Of a DNA stretch of 64,000 nucleotides, positions 32,960 through 43,338 are shown piece by piece (within the stretch, counting starts at the first letter, position 1; every line of letters begins with the position of its first letter). The translations under genes and the position numbers were made by a program. Location: positions 384,001-448,000 of the forward strand of contig CAWDSQ010000007.1 in NCBI GenBank assembly GCA_963804955.1, given 5' to 3'. The notes below the pieces were generated by a model that saw nothing but the letters and a program-made list of their open reading frames with translations, searched no databases and was not told the origin of the DNA. This DNA comes from an uncultured delta proteobacterium (lineage in GTDB: Bacteria; Desulfobacterota; WTBG01; CAIYCZ01; CAIRTM01).

Positions 32960-33276
32960 CCGTTTAAATACTCGCGGTAACCCTGACAATGCATTTCATG
33001 CCGCCTCCATTCTTTAATTTCTGGTTGCCTGAATTAAGCATTAGAATTGAGATATTTCCATACTCACGAGAGGGCGCTCCAAAAAACTTAAAAAAATGAA
33101 TTATTAGCTTATGATTACCATTTTAACATGCAAAGTCAAGGGTGCGCTTCTTCAAGCAGATTGAGCCTGCAAAAGCTTCCATTGTATTGAACGGAGGCCA
33201 ACGGACTGATTTTTTTTGACCCGATTGCCTGTCGAGCCGCAGGCCGGCAAACATGCGTTTTCAGCAAACACGCAGG

Positions 33277-34669
33277 CTAGAGCGCTTTTGCTTTGTGCTC
33301 CGCTAAATCATTATTTATACTTCCTCTCGCCATGAAGAGCCAAATGGCCAGCACAAGGTTGGCTGCGCCTTTCAGACCGAATGCCCAGCCCGGTCCGAGA
33401 ACGTCAAACAGATATCCTCCAAGCTGGAGAAAAAAGAGCATGCCAATGGGCTGCATGGTGTTAAGCCCACCCAGAATAGACCCTACCAGCGCCTTGGGAG
33501 AAACATCGGTTGCCATGGTGTTGGCGCCTGCAATGGAGCCCGCAATCCCGACTCCCACCAGCACAACGGCAAAATAGGTCAGTCCTGCAAAGGGCCCCGG
33601 GCCGCTTGCAATAATGACAAGACCGATGCCCCCTGATAAAAGCGTGAGCATGATTGTTGAAAGCCGGCCCCATTTGTCAAGCATAATGCCGACAAAGGGA
33701 AATGCGATAAATGTGACAACGCTCATAATAATCATCGGGATAGCGCCTTTTTGGGTTGCCGCCTCGGAGGTGAGTTGAAGTTTGTCACCCAGTTGCACCG
33801 CCCATGAAATAATAAATGTCGCCATAACAGTAATGTCGGCGCGGCTGATAAGCGAGCATAAGTAGCTTGATTTGAGCGCGGGGCTTTGCATAACCAGGCG
33901 CGCAACCTCCTTGAAGCCTTTTTTGTCTTCCTTTTTTAGTTTCGGGAAGCCGCTCCTTGAGAAATACCAGGGTGCAAACAAGACCGAAAAGCGCCATGCA
34001 TGATGCAAGAAAAAACAGTCCCTGCACGCCGCTCTTGCGTCCGATTGGAGCAATGGCGGCAAAAATGATTATGCTTGCCAGCCCCATCATGATGCCGTTG
34101 AGCGCCATGCCCTTGCCGCGATCCTTTTCGCGGGTATAATCGGCTACCATGGTTATAAATTGGGGGTATACAAGGATCAGGCTAATGCCAAGGAACAGGC
34201 GCAGTACGTAAGCAGTGAAAAGCCCGGGGCCAAAGGCCAGAAACTCTTCGGACCGGGAAGGCGCGAAGCTCAGGAAAGCGCAGATCTTTGAAGAAAAGCC
34301 GGCGGGGATATTCAAAGCGGCGGCAATATCATTTGATAAGCCAAACAGGTAATAAAATACTATTGCAGCAGCAAACCCCAGTAGTGCAAGGATTTTTCTA
34401 CCCGTTTTATCGGACATATATCCGATGATTCCGACAAATACAAGAGTGGCGATCTGACTCATGTTCTGTAAAAAGCCGTTGGTTAATCCGAAAAAATCCG
34501 GGGGGATTTTGATTACATCCTTAAGAAAAGCCGGCTGAATGATTGCCGGCATTACCATCAGCATGCCGATAATAAGCGTATTCACGTACAGAAAAAAGAA
34601 GTTGGTTTTGGTAAGATCGGACGGCACTTCGATTCCGGCAAATTTGTTCGGCTTATTCTTTTCTTGCAT
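33277..34669 (-). CDS. MFS transporter; frameshift at ~33935
   Basis: GYMSDKTGRK and GIMLDKWGR motif A; many TM segments. Confidence 0.9.
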
Positions 34670-35161
34670 TGCCTCTCCTTCCATAGCTTGTTTTTAATAT
34701 CGCTCGCATGTCTGATTGTTTTCACCTTTTAATCCTGTCGACGGATGAAGTCAACAAAAAACATTCAGTATGAATTATTCTATTGACACACTAATCTGCC
34801 GTGTTAGATTAAATTGCTCTGCCGGAATACGTTAAGATTTTTCCATGCTGATTACTTTGCCGGTCTCCAGCCGGGCTTGCTTTTAAATGTTTAATGGTTT
34901 AATTTTTTAAAAATTGAAATAAAAATAAACAATTTAATTGCCGCCTAAAACCATTCAAAAATCATATGGCCGTGCATTGCCGTGCCGCACAGCACCTTGA
35001 TAAAAGCCGGTCTCATGCGGAATTTAGAACATTATTCTTTTTTACTTTAGACTTGCTTTTTTCTGTCATATCAACCGAAGGGAGCGATTTTAAAATTTCC
35101 AGCCGCCCTCGAAATGGAACGATGCGGCTACACCATAAAGAAAATGCTCCACAATAATCAT

Positions 35162-37117
35162 ATGGATCATCATAAACAAAAACTCTGCGGCTGGGTTGGC
35201 AAGATACTGAAGGTTGATCTGACGCATGAGCAGATCGAAATACTTGACACCATGGCCTATGCCGAAAAATTTCTGGGCGGCCTGGGGATCGGGCAGAAGC
35301 TGTACTGGGACCACGCTGCCTGGGGGGCTGATGCCTTTGACGAGCAGCAGCCCCTTATCTTCATGACCGGCCCGCTTGCGGCAACGCCTGCGCCCAGCGC
35401 GCCGCGGCTGTCCATCTGCGGCAAGTCGCCCTGCATCTATCCCGAAACATTCGTGAGCGCAAGCCTGGGCGGTTTTTTTGCCCCTGAGCTGAAGAAAGCA
35501 GGTTTTGACGGCATCATCGTTGTGGGCCGTGCAGACGGGGCCGTGCATATTCATATCGAGGACGGCGCTGTCGAGATACGGGAGGCGTCGCAGCTCTGGG
35601 GCCTGGGGAATCTCACAACCCATGAGCTTTTGAAAAATCAGTTCGGCAAAAATGTGCGCATTCTTTCCATCGGCCCGGGCGGGGAAAACCGCACACGCTA
35701 TGGCATTATCTATACGGATGTTGCGGGCGCGGCCTCCATGGGGTTTGGCTCGGTCATGGGCGCGAAAAACCTCAAGGCCATCACGGTGAAAGGCACGGGC
35801 TCCGTGGCTGTTGCCGATGCCGGGGCGGTCAAGCAGATACGCAAGCGTTTTTCCGAGATGACCGGCACGGGATTTTACAACCTGTTCGGCAACCCCATTA
35901 TACTGCCGGGCATGACGGTGGTGAAGAAGGCGCACTGCCACGGCTGCCCGCAGGGCTGCTGGCGCACCGTGCAGCAGAGCGCCTCGGGAGCGCAGGACAT
36001 TCGCAAGTGCCAGACCAATCTTTTTTATGCCCTGTGGGACAGAAAGCTGCACGGCCAGATCACCGAGGCGAGCTTTCAAGCCGCCACGCTTGCAAACGAT
36101 TACGGCCTGTGCGTGCTTGACTTGGGGCGCCTCATGTCCTGGCTCGATAAATGCATCACCGCGGGCGTGCTGACAGAAAAAAATACCGAGCTGCCCATGG
36201 CGCAGATGGGCAGCTCGGAGTTTTTAGAGGACCTGCTGAAAAAAATCTGCTCCCGCCGGGGATTCGGCAGCGTGCTTGCCGAGGGCGCTATCCGGGCGTC
36301 GGAAAATGTGGGCGGGGAAGCCCGCGAGATCACGCTCAATATGTTTACGCAAACGGGCCGTGCTATTGCCTATGGGCCCAAGGTGTTTGTGCTCTCAGCG
36401 CTCATCTACGCCCTTGAACCGCGGCCCTTCATTACCGAATTGCATGAGGTGTGCGAGCCCCTCACCAAGTGGGGCCGGTGGCACACGAAAACCGATGAGA
36501 AGTCCTATATGTCAACCGATGTTATCCGCCGGATCGGCAAAGCGTTCTGGGGAGGGGAAAAGGCGGCTGATTTTTCAACCTATGAAGGCAAAGCAAAGGC
36601 CTCGGCCCTCATTCAGAACCGGCAGTATATAAAAGAGTCTCTTGTCCTGTGCGATTTTGCCTGGCCGGTGTATGATGATGCTTCCACTGAAGATCATGTG
36701 GGAGATCCCGGGCTTGAAGGCAAGCTTCTGTCAGCGGTGACCGGCTGGGAAATTGATGAGGCGGGGCTGAACCGGTTTGCCGAGCGCATCATTGCCCTGA
36801 ACCGGGCAATACTTCTGCGTGAGGGCCGCCGGGGCAGGCAGGATGATATTTTGCCTGAATTCTTTTTTATCGAGAGAGATGAATTCATCGCCGATGTGTT
36901 CGGTATGCACAACCCGCAGCTGCTGCTGCCTGGCGCGGGCGACGAGGTCATTTCTCGGCGCGGCAAGGCCGTTGACCGGCAGGGGTTTGAAAAGCTTCTG
37001 GACGACTATTACGGCCTGCGGGGCTGGGATGAAAAGACCGGCTATATAAAAAAAGAAACGCTTATAGACCTTGACCTTGCCGACTGCGTGGAGCCCCTGG
37101 GGGAGAAGGCGGTATAG
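35162..37117 (+). CDS. Aldehyde:ferredoxin oxidoreductase (W/Mo AOR family)
   Basis: GWVGKILKVDLT, KSP, ELKKAGFDG, IGPGGEN, VMGAKNLKAI, CHGCPQGC and YYGLRGWD. Confidence 0.92.
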   Translation: MDHHKQKLCGWVGKILKVDLTHEQIEILDTMAYAEKFLGGLGIGQKLYWDHAAWGADAFDEQQPLIFMTGPLAATPAPSAPRLSICGKSPCIYPETFVSASLGGFFAPELKKAGFDGIIVVGRADGAVHIHIEDGAVEIREASQLWGLGNLTTHELLKNQFGKNVRILSIGPGGENRTRYGIIYTDVAGAASMGFGSVMGAKNLKAITVKGTGSVAVADAGAVKQIRKRFSEMTGTGFYNLFGNPIILPGMTVVKKAHCHGCPQGCWRTVQQSASGAQDIRKCQTNLFYALWDRKLHGQITEASFQAATLANDYGLCVLDLGRLMSWLDKCITAGVLTEKNTELPMAQMGSSEFLEDLLKKICSRRGFGSVLAEGAIRASENVGGEAREITLNMFTQTGRAIAYGPKVFVLSALIYALEPRPFITELHEVCEPLTKWGRWHTKTDEKSYMSTDVIRRIGKAFWGGEKAADFSTYEGKAKASALIQNRQYIKESLVLCDFAWPVYDDASTEDHVGDPGLEGKLLSAVTGWEIDEAGLNRFAERIIALNRAILLREGRRGRQDDILPEFFFIERDEFIADVFGMHNPQLLLPGAGDEVISRRGKAVDRQGFEKLLDDYYGLRGWDEKTGYIKKETLIDLDLADCVEPLGEKAV

Positions 37118-37215
37118 CTCAGTGTCTCTCATCAAAGACTTTGGGTTATTAGCACCGGAGCTAGTGAAGTCCCGGAAGGATGCACCCCGGCAGCAACCGC
37201 ATTCAAAGAATGCAA

Positions 37216-37470
37216 TCAAAAATACATATCCCAGCCGCAGGCAACATATTTATGGTAAAGCTCCTGTACGTAAAATTTTCCGTACCCGAGCACCCCGACA
37301 AATCCTATGGGCAATACATACAGGCCGCATTCGTTCTGGCTGTGCAGCAGGGCAGAGCTTCCGACCCCCCCGCACAAAGCCACCGCTGCGCACAGCAAAA
37401 TAACGTGCTTGTTATCATCGGCCCAGACGGGATAAATATGTTTATTCCAAAGGTGGCGTTGTTCCCTCAT
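37216..37470 (-). CDS. Small membrane hypothetical protein
   Basis: 84 aa with two hydrophobic stretches, directly downstream of the cupredoxin-like gene. Confidence 0.4.
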   Translation of the reverse strand: MREQRHLWNKHIYPVWADDNKHVILLCAAVALCGGVGSSALLHSQNECGLYVLPIGFVGVLGYGKFYVQELYHKYVACGWDMYF

Positions 37471-37494
37471 GGCTCAACCCTGCTGTTTAAAAAC

Positions 37495-37965
37495 TCAGTC
37501 GCCTTTGACAATAACTTTTCCCTTAAATTCCTGAATCCTCTGCCTCTCGCTCAACATCTGTGTATATGCTCTGGGCACTTTGCGTGCCACAAAATTGAAT
37601 TCGCCGGGCTCTATAAAGCACATGCTGGCGACGGCCCCGGTCGGTATGCGGTCGGATATAAAGAAGCCCTCTTCAGTGAGCACAAAATGCACCGGATTTT
37701 TGCACGCCAGGCTCACCTGCTTACCCTCAAATTGCAGCTCAACAGGTTCCTTGGATTCGTTGACCCAGACAACAGTGGAGCCGGGCTTAACCGTTAAGCT
37801 TTCAGGCATAACCGCCCCGGAATAATGGATGCGAATTATCTGGTGAATGTTAATATTTTTTTCCGGCACAATTTTCTCTTGAATTTTCTCCTTCTGGGCA
37901 GCTGCGATAGTAGCAGATGCCAAAACTGCAAGGCAGGTTAAAAGCACTAGATATTTTTTTTTCAT
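37495..37965 (-). CDS. Secreted cupredoxin-like protein
   Basis: Signal peptide; PESLTVKPGSTVVWVN and FIEPGEF. Confidence 0.65.
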   Translation of the reverse strand: MKKKYLVLLTCLAVLASATIAAAQKEKIQEKIVPEKNINIHQIIRIHYSGAVMPESLTVKPGSTVVWVNESKEPVELQFEGKQVSLACKNPVHFVLTEEGFFISDRIPTGAVASMCFIEPGEFNFVARKVPRAYTQMLSERQRIQEFKGKVIVKGD

Positions 37966-38040
37966 GGCTCCCTCCTTCATAAAGTTAATCTGTTTTGAAC
38001 TCTCTGTACTGCAGGCAATTCCCACGAAGCCCGACAGCTG

Positions 38041-39390
38041 TCATCGGCTGGACATCGTAGTCGGGAATCCTGAGCGGATGCAGCCGTTAAAAATTGTTTC
38101 AAGGGGCTCGGTGCGCATTTTTTTAAGTTTCTTAAAAACATCCGGGCGCTCGCTGGAAACCGCCGGCATGATTTCCGCCATGGCTGCCGCTACAATTTTC
38201 GGAGTTTCATAAGGATCAAGAATGCTTCGCAGCGTTTTGGTTATTTTGCTGAGCAGGTAGTCGATGTCGTCGATGCTCAGGCAGTAGGGCATAACCGCAT
38301 TGCGGATCATATCACGGTGATCGAGCTTGTTGATGATCTCATCACGCCACCAGTCAAGATAGACGAATACGCCTTCGCGGGATATGTTGCCTTCGGTCAG
38401 CGCATATTTGACGGCGTTGGCAGCCTTCCAGCCACTGATAATTGCGCCGGTCATTTCGGCTTCCTGGCACCACACCGCATCCGATACCAGCAGTACCTGA
38501 TCCTTATACGGATCAACGATGTGGGAATACATGTTTCCCATAATCGACAAGGGCCGGACCTTTTCGGCATTTTTGAACCAGGGGGCAAAGTGACTCTTTT
38601 TGATAAAACGCTCAAAGGCTCCCTGGACATCCGAGCCCGGATGCGTGCAGCTGATGAACGGGAAATAGGTCTCTCCGTCGGCCCGGGGGGTCATCCAGAT
38701 GCGCATCGGGGTTTTTTCTTCGAGGAAAATTTGAAAAAGAGCATATTTTTCAGAGGGTTCAACACCCACCATTTCATAACCGTAACTGGTGCTCGTACCG
38801 TAATATTTGCGCTCCCGGTTTTTTTCGAGGGTTTTGGCAAGCCGGGAAGCCCGCCCGTCAGCACCGATAACGAAGGTGCCGATAAATTTAGTCCCTTCCC
38901 GTGTATACACGGTAACGGAACCGTTTTTGGTTTCCGAACCAATAACATTATGGGAAGGAAACACGTCGACATGATACTGCTCGCATTCCCTAAGCAGACT
39001 TTTCAGCAAAGCGCTTTTGTCATAGGTGGCGCTGATCCGGCCCCGGTCGCCCATGCTTTCGTTTTTTTGATAATCCCCAAGCTGAATTTTGTTTCCTTTG
39101 TAGGAATAAATCGACCAGGAATAAAAATTCTGATGCCTGCCGTCATAGGGAATCGAAAACCCGTACCCCGGAAAGCAGAGCCGGTTGTCCCGAGTATTGA
39201 TCGAAACGCGTTCGCCCAGATAGCGCCCGGTCAGCGTGACGACCATCATGCTGCAGGCCCGGTTGATATCCGTAATGTTTTTCTTTCTTTCGATAAGTGC
39301 TGTTTTCAGGCCCATTTCACCTGCAGTTTTTGCTGCCATCAGGCCTGCCGGGCCGGCGCCGACAATAATGACGTCGTATCCTTTTGCCAT
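38041..39390 (-). CDS. FAD-dependent oxidoreductase, geranylgeranyl reductase-like (paralog of 423-1736)
   Basis: IVGAGPAG, GADG and VSDA. Confidence 0.85.
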   Translation of the reverse strand: MAKGYDVIIVGAGPAGLMAAKTAGEMGLKTALIERKKNITDINRACSMMVVTLTGRYLGERVSINTRDNRLCFPGYGFSIPYDGRHQNFYSWSIYSYKGNKIQLGDYQKNESMGDRGRISATYDKSALLKSLLRECEQYHVDVFPSHNVIGSETKNGSVTVYTREGTKFIGTFVIGADGRASRLAKTLEKNRERKYYGTSTSYGYEMVGVEPSEKYALFQIFLEEKTPMRIWMTPRADGETYFPFISCTHPGSDVQGAFERFIKKSHFAPWFKNAEKVRPLSIMGNMYSHIVDPYKDQVLLVSDAVWCQEAEMTGAIISGWKAANAVKYALTEGNISREGVFVYLDWWRDEIINKLDHRDMIRNAVMPYCLSIDDIDYLLSKITKTLRSILDPYETPKIVAAAMAEIMPAVSSERPDVFKKLKKMRTEPLETIFNGCIRSGFPTTMSSR

Positions 39391-39567
39391 ATCAGTTCCT
39401 TTACATAAAAGCGCGAAAGTTCAGTGGCCCATCAAAGTAGTTCTTTAGAATACTTCTTTATACCAACTAAATCGAACTGTCAATAGTTTATCGACTTTTT
39501 AGCTGTTCCCCCAGTACTCTGTCATAATTTATTTTGTATCCACCCCACCCAGCCTCCCCTGTCCAGG

Positions 39568-39715
39568 AGGCTGGGTCGCAATTAAATAGTGCTGTCATCC
39601 TGAGTGAAACGAAGGATCTCTGACGTAATAAAAGTACATGGTTTTAATGAAAGAACGAGATTCTTCGTCGCTGCGGCTCCTCAGAATGACATTTATTTGT
39701 ATTGCGACACAGTCT
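39568..39715. mobile_element. MITE-like element with internal REP-like hairpin
   Basis: TIRs AGGCTGGGTCGCAAT/ATTGCGACACAGTCT (13/15 match), flanked by CCAGG direct repeats. Confidence 0.75.
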
Positions 39716-40123
39716 CCAGGGGAGGTGGATGAACTCCTAAAGAATAAATTGACAAGGTACTAGTTCCTTTTTTTTGGGCTGTCATGCCGGAGCCAAAGAC
39801 TCCTGTTATTTGACAGAGCTCCCCGAAACACCGAAATTTTCCGAACGGCCCTTCGCGAAAGGCTGATGTTTAAACATGAGCAACTCAGAAAAAAACCCCG
39901 AAACTGCGCCTGAAAAAAAGCTGCTCATTGCACTATCGGGCTTTTAAAAATAGTGGGTCCCCAGTGCGAATTCATGTAAGCCCTATCCGGGCTGGAGCGG
40001 GTGTTGCATTGATTGTAGTGTATTTAGACCCCCGTTTTTTGTCCCGCTATCCCCATCTTGACATCAAAGCAGAGTGTGCTAATATTCAAAAAATTATTGT
40101 GCCTGCGGCATTCTGCAACATAT

Positions 40124-40210
40124 GCCGGTGTGGTGGAATTGGTAGACGCAGAGGACTCAAAATCCTCCGTCCGCAAGGATGTGTCGGTTCGAGTCCGACC
40201 ACCGGCACCA
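40124..40210 (+). tRNA. tRNA-Leu(CAA)
   Basis: GCCGGTG acceptor stem, GAGGA-CTCAAAA-TCCTC anticodon arm, long variable arm, GTTCGAG, CCA. Confidence 0.97.
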
Positions 40211-40212
40211 GT

Positions 40213-40256
40213 AAAAAAAGGGGTTTAAGCTTTATCGGCTTAAACCCCTTTTTTGT
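40213..40256 (+). terminator. Rho-independent terminator (bidirectional form)
   Basis: A7-GGGGTTTAAGC...GCTTAAACCCC-T tract. Confidence 0.85.
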
Positions 40257-40379
40257 TGTTCCGGCAGAGGGCGATACACGCTCCCCTGCATTATTTCTAA
40301 TAAATACCGGCGGCTTTAATAACCGACTGAACATGGAGCCCCTGTCGTTCACGGGAGTTGAAAAAAATCGATGTATGAC

Positions 40380-40509
40380 AGGGCTGTTCAAAAATGCTCA
40401 GATGCAAGGCGCGCGAAATCATGCGCCACATGAAGGCGTCCTTTTTGTACGCCGCAGTGAAGACATAATAGAGCTGCAACGCAGCAGATGGGCGTTTTTC
40501 AACAGCCTG
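40380..40509. mobile_element. MITE-like inverted-repeat element
   Basis: Ends GGCTGTTCAAAAA and TTTTTCAACAGCC; abuts the uvrB stop codon. Confidence 0.65.
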
Positions 40510-42501
40510 CTAGCGCAGCTCCAGATCCTGCCGTTCAAGCTCATAAAGCTGATCGCGCAGCTCGGCTGCCTTTTCAAACTCAAGGCTCCGTGCCGCCTCC
40601 ATCATTTCCTTCTTCAATTTTTTTATCAGCTTCGGGATATCTTTCGGCGCTTTGTACAGGGCCTTCCGCTCAGCGGCCACGGGCACCGTCACATAATCCA
40701 TTTCATAGACCGTGCCGAGTATGTTCCTGATGTCCTTTTTGATCGACTCGGGCGTGATGCCGTGCTCGGCATTATAGGCAGCCTGAATGATGCGCCGGCG
40801 GGCTGTTTCCCGCAGGGTGGTCTGTATGCTGCGGGTCATGATATCGGCATACAGAATAACGCGGCCGTCAACATTGCGGGCCGTGCGGCCGCAGGTCTGT
40901 ATCAGCGCCCGCTCCGAGCGCAGAAAGCCCTCCTTGTCTGCATCGAGTATGGCGACAAGCGACACCTCGGGCAGGTCAAGGCCCTCGCGCAGCAGGTTGA
41001 TGCCGATGAGCACGTCGAATTTCCCGAGGCGCAGGTTCCTCAGAATCTCGATCCTCTCGAGCGTGTCCACCTCCGAGTGCAGATACTCAACCCGCACGCC
41101 CAGCTCACGGTAGTAGTCTGTCAAATCCTCCGACATGCGCTTGGTGAGCGTGGTGACAAGGGTTCTGTCGCCCTTTGCGGTCTGGCTGCGAATTTCGGCA
41201 AGCAGATCGTCGATCTGGCCCGTGACGGGCCGCACCTCGATCTGCGGGTCCATAAGGCCCGTTGGCCGGATCACCTGCTCCGCCACAATGCCGCCTGCCT
41301 GTGTAAGCTCGTACTCGGCCGGCGTTGCCGAGACATAGACTATCTGCTTCATTTTTTTTTCAAATTCCTCGAACATGAGGGGCCGGTTGTCCAGGGCCGA
41401 CGGCAGGCGAAAGCCGAAATCAACCAGCGTCTGCTTGCGGGACCGGTCACCGAAATACATGCCCCTGATCTGGGGCACCGAAATATGGCTCTCGTCGATG
41501 ATCAGCAGAAAATCCTCGGGGAAATAGTCAAACAGCACCCATGGCGGCTCGCCGGGCATGCGGCCGTCCATGTGGCGCGAATAATTTTCGATGCCGTTGC
41601 AGTAGCCCATGTTCTCGATCATTTCAAGGTCATAGAGCGTCCGCTCTTTGATACGCTGGGCCTCGATAAGCTTGCCGTTTGCCTTGAAGGACTCCATGCA
41701 TCCGGCAAGCTCCCGGCGTATGAGCCCGGCCGCCCGCTTGAGATTGTCCTGCGAGGTAACATAGTGGCTGTTGGGGTAGATATGCATATGTCCCGCAGCG
41801 CGCAGCACTCTGCCCGTGAGAGGGTCGATCTCGGATATGGCATCGATCGTGTCGCCGAAAAACTCGACGCGCACTGCCGTATCCTGCTGGTAGGAAGGAA
41901 ATATCTCGACGCAGTCGCCGCGCACGCGAAATGTGCCGCGGTGAAAGTCGAAATCGTTGCGCTCATACTGTATGGCCACCAGCCCCGCCAGAAACTCGTC
42001 GCGCGGCATATCAGCCCGGTCGCGCACCAGCAGCAGCTGGTTGCGGTACTCCTGCGGCGACCCGAGGGCATAAATGCAGGATACGCTTGCCACCACGATC
42101 ACGTCCCGGCGCTGAAGCAGGGAGGCCGTGGCAGAGTGGCGCATGCGGTCAATCTCCTCGTTGATGGAGGAATCCTTTGCAATATAGGTGTCGGAAACCG
42201 GAAGATAGGCTTCGGGCTGATAGTAATCATAGTAGCTGACGAAATACTCCACGGCATTGCGCGGAAACAGCTCCTTGAACTCGCCGTACAGCTGGGCCGC
42301 AAGGGTTTTGTTGGGCGCCAGCACCAGCGTCGGCTTCTGCGTGCGCTGTATGACATGCGCCATGGTAAAAGTCTTGCCCGAGCCCGTGACACCCAGCAGC
42401 ACCTGATGCGGCGCCCCGCTGAGAACGCCCCGGGAAAGCTGCTCTATAGCCTGCGGCTGGTCGCCCCGCGGCTGGTAATCGGATACAAGCTGAAAATCCA
42501 T
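40510..42501 (-). CDS. uvrB: Excinuclease ABC subunit B
   Basis: [25 protein letters not shown] and [12 protein letters not shown]. Confidence 0.99.
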   Translation of the reverse strand: MDFQLVSDYQPRGDQPQAIEQLSRGVLSGAPHQVLLGVTGSGKTFTMAHVIQRTQKPTLVLAPNKTLAAQLYGEFKELFPRNAVEYFVSYYDYYQPEAYLPVSDTYIAKDSSINEEIDRMRHSATASLLQRRDVIVVASVSCIYALGSPQEYRNQLLLVRDRADMPRDEFLAGLVAIQYERNDFDFHRGTFRVRGDCVEIFPSYQQDTAVRVEFFGDTIDAISEIDPLTGRVLRAAGHMHIYPNSHYVTSQDNLKRAAGLIRRELAGCMESFKANGKLIEAQRIKERTLYDLEMIENMGYCNGIENYSRHMDGRMPGEPPWVLFDYFPEDFLLIIDESHISVPQIRGMYFGDRSRKQTLVDFGFRLPSALDNRPLMFEEFEKKMKQIVYVSATPAEYELTQAGGIVAEQVIRPTGLMDPQIEVRPVTGQIDDLLAEIRSQTAKGDRTLVTTLTKRMSEDLTDYYRELGVRVEYLHSEVDTLERIEILRNLRLGKFDVLIGINLLREGLDLPEVSLVAILDADKEGFLRSERALIQTCGRTARNVDGRVILYADIMTRSIQTTLRETARRRIIQAAYNAEHGITPESIKKDIRNILGTVYEMDYVTVPVAAERKALYKAPKDIPKLIKKLKKEMMEAARSLEFEKAAELRDQLYELERQDLELR

Positions 42502-42686
42502 ACGATGCCGTTGTTCTGCTAATTCTTTAACTCGCGGTTTAATTTTTTACCGGCTTCCTGCCTTGTAGAAGTTGTGTCGGAATTACTTATTTTTTTCATC
42601 TTTCATCCCCCTTTGAAAAAGGGGGAATTTTTCAGCCCCCTCTTTTGTGCGGCTTTGCACTGTAGGGTTTCCGTTCAACAACTAAT

Positions 42687-42831
42687 TAGTTCCTGAACGA
42701 AAACTCTTTTTTTACGTCCGTGTCATCTCGACCGAAGGGAGAGCTCTTTGTTTTTGCAGTAGATTTCTCAGCCGCTCTGCTCCTTCGAAATGACAATCAT
42801 TGCGAACAAGGAGGTTTCCGTTCAACAACTA
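42687..42831. mobile_element. MITE-like element with REP-like hairpin
   Basis: TAGTTCCTGAACGAAAAC...GTTTCCGTTCAACAACTA; an extra copy of the right end at 42666-42684. Confidence 0.6.
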
Positions 42832-42986
42832 ACTATAGGGCAAGGCTGTGGTGGTGTCAAACAGAAGCCGTCATGCCAGTGCGTTCAGGCTGTTCAAGCA
42901 ATGTCTGCTCCGTATGCATCGGCTTTAAAAAGCGGGTTGCTTATCGAAAAAACAACCCCTCCGTCCTCATAGCCTAAAATTTTATC

Positions 42987-43228
42987 TGGTTATCTCCAAA
43001 GCTGAACTAACCCCTTATTCTGGACACCAGCGTATGTACCCTTTGTCGTAATTGCTCTTGCTGTCATTTCGAATCCCGCTGAAAGCGGGATGAGAAATCC
43101 TAACGCCATAATTTCACTTCAGTCTAAGATTGATGCGAGTACGCAACCTGCGGACTCCTGCGGTCGAAATGGCAAAATTGTGCGATGAAATTAACGACCA
43201 TACACAGGTTCAGCTTTGGAGATAACCA
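42987..43228. mobile_element. MITE-like element
   Basis: Perfect 21-bp inverted repeats TGGTTATCTCCAAAGCTGAAC enclosing a TGTCATTTCGA...TCGAAATGGCA hairpin. Confidence 0.7.
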
Positions 43229-43338
43229 TAAAATTTTAAATGCTTTGTTTTTCACACAAGCGATACTTTTCTTGACATCCCATCAATGTCATATTAGTAT
43301 AAATTTTAAACAAAAGAATTAATTTTCGGTAAAAATTT

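Noticed and set aside
40124..40210. tRNA-Leu as the integration site of the accessory region
   Set aside because: The region lies on the 5' side of the tRNA; no integrase or duplicated 3' end was seen.
39928..42522. 864-aa plus-strand ORF
   Set aside because: Antisense shadow of uvrB that also runs through tRNA-Leu; no protein motifs.
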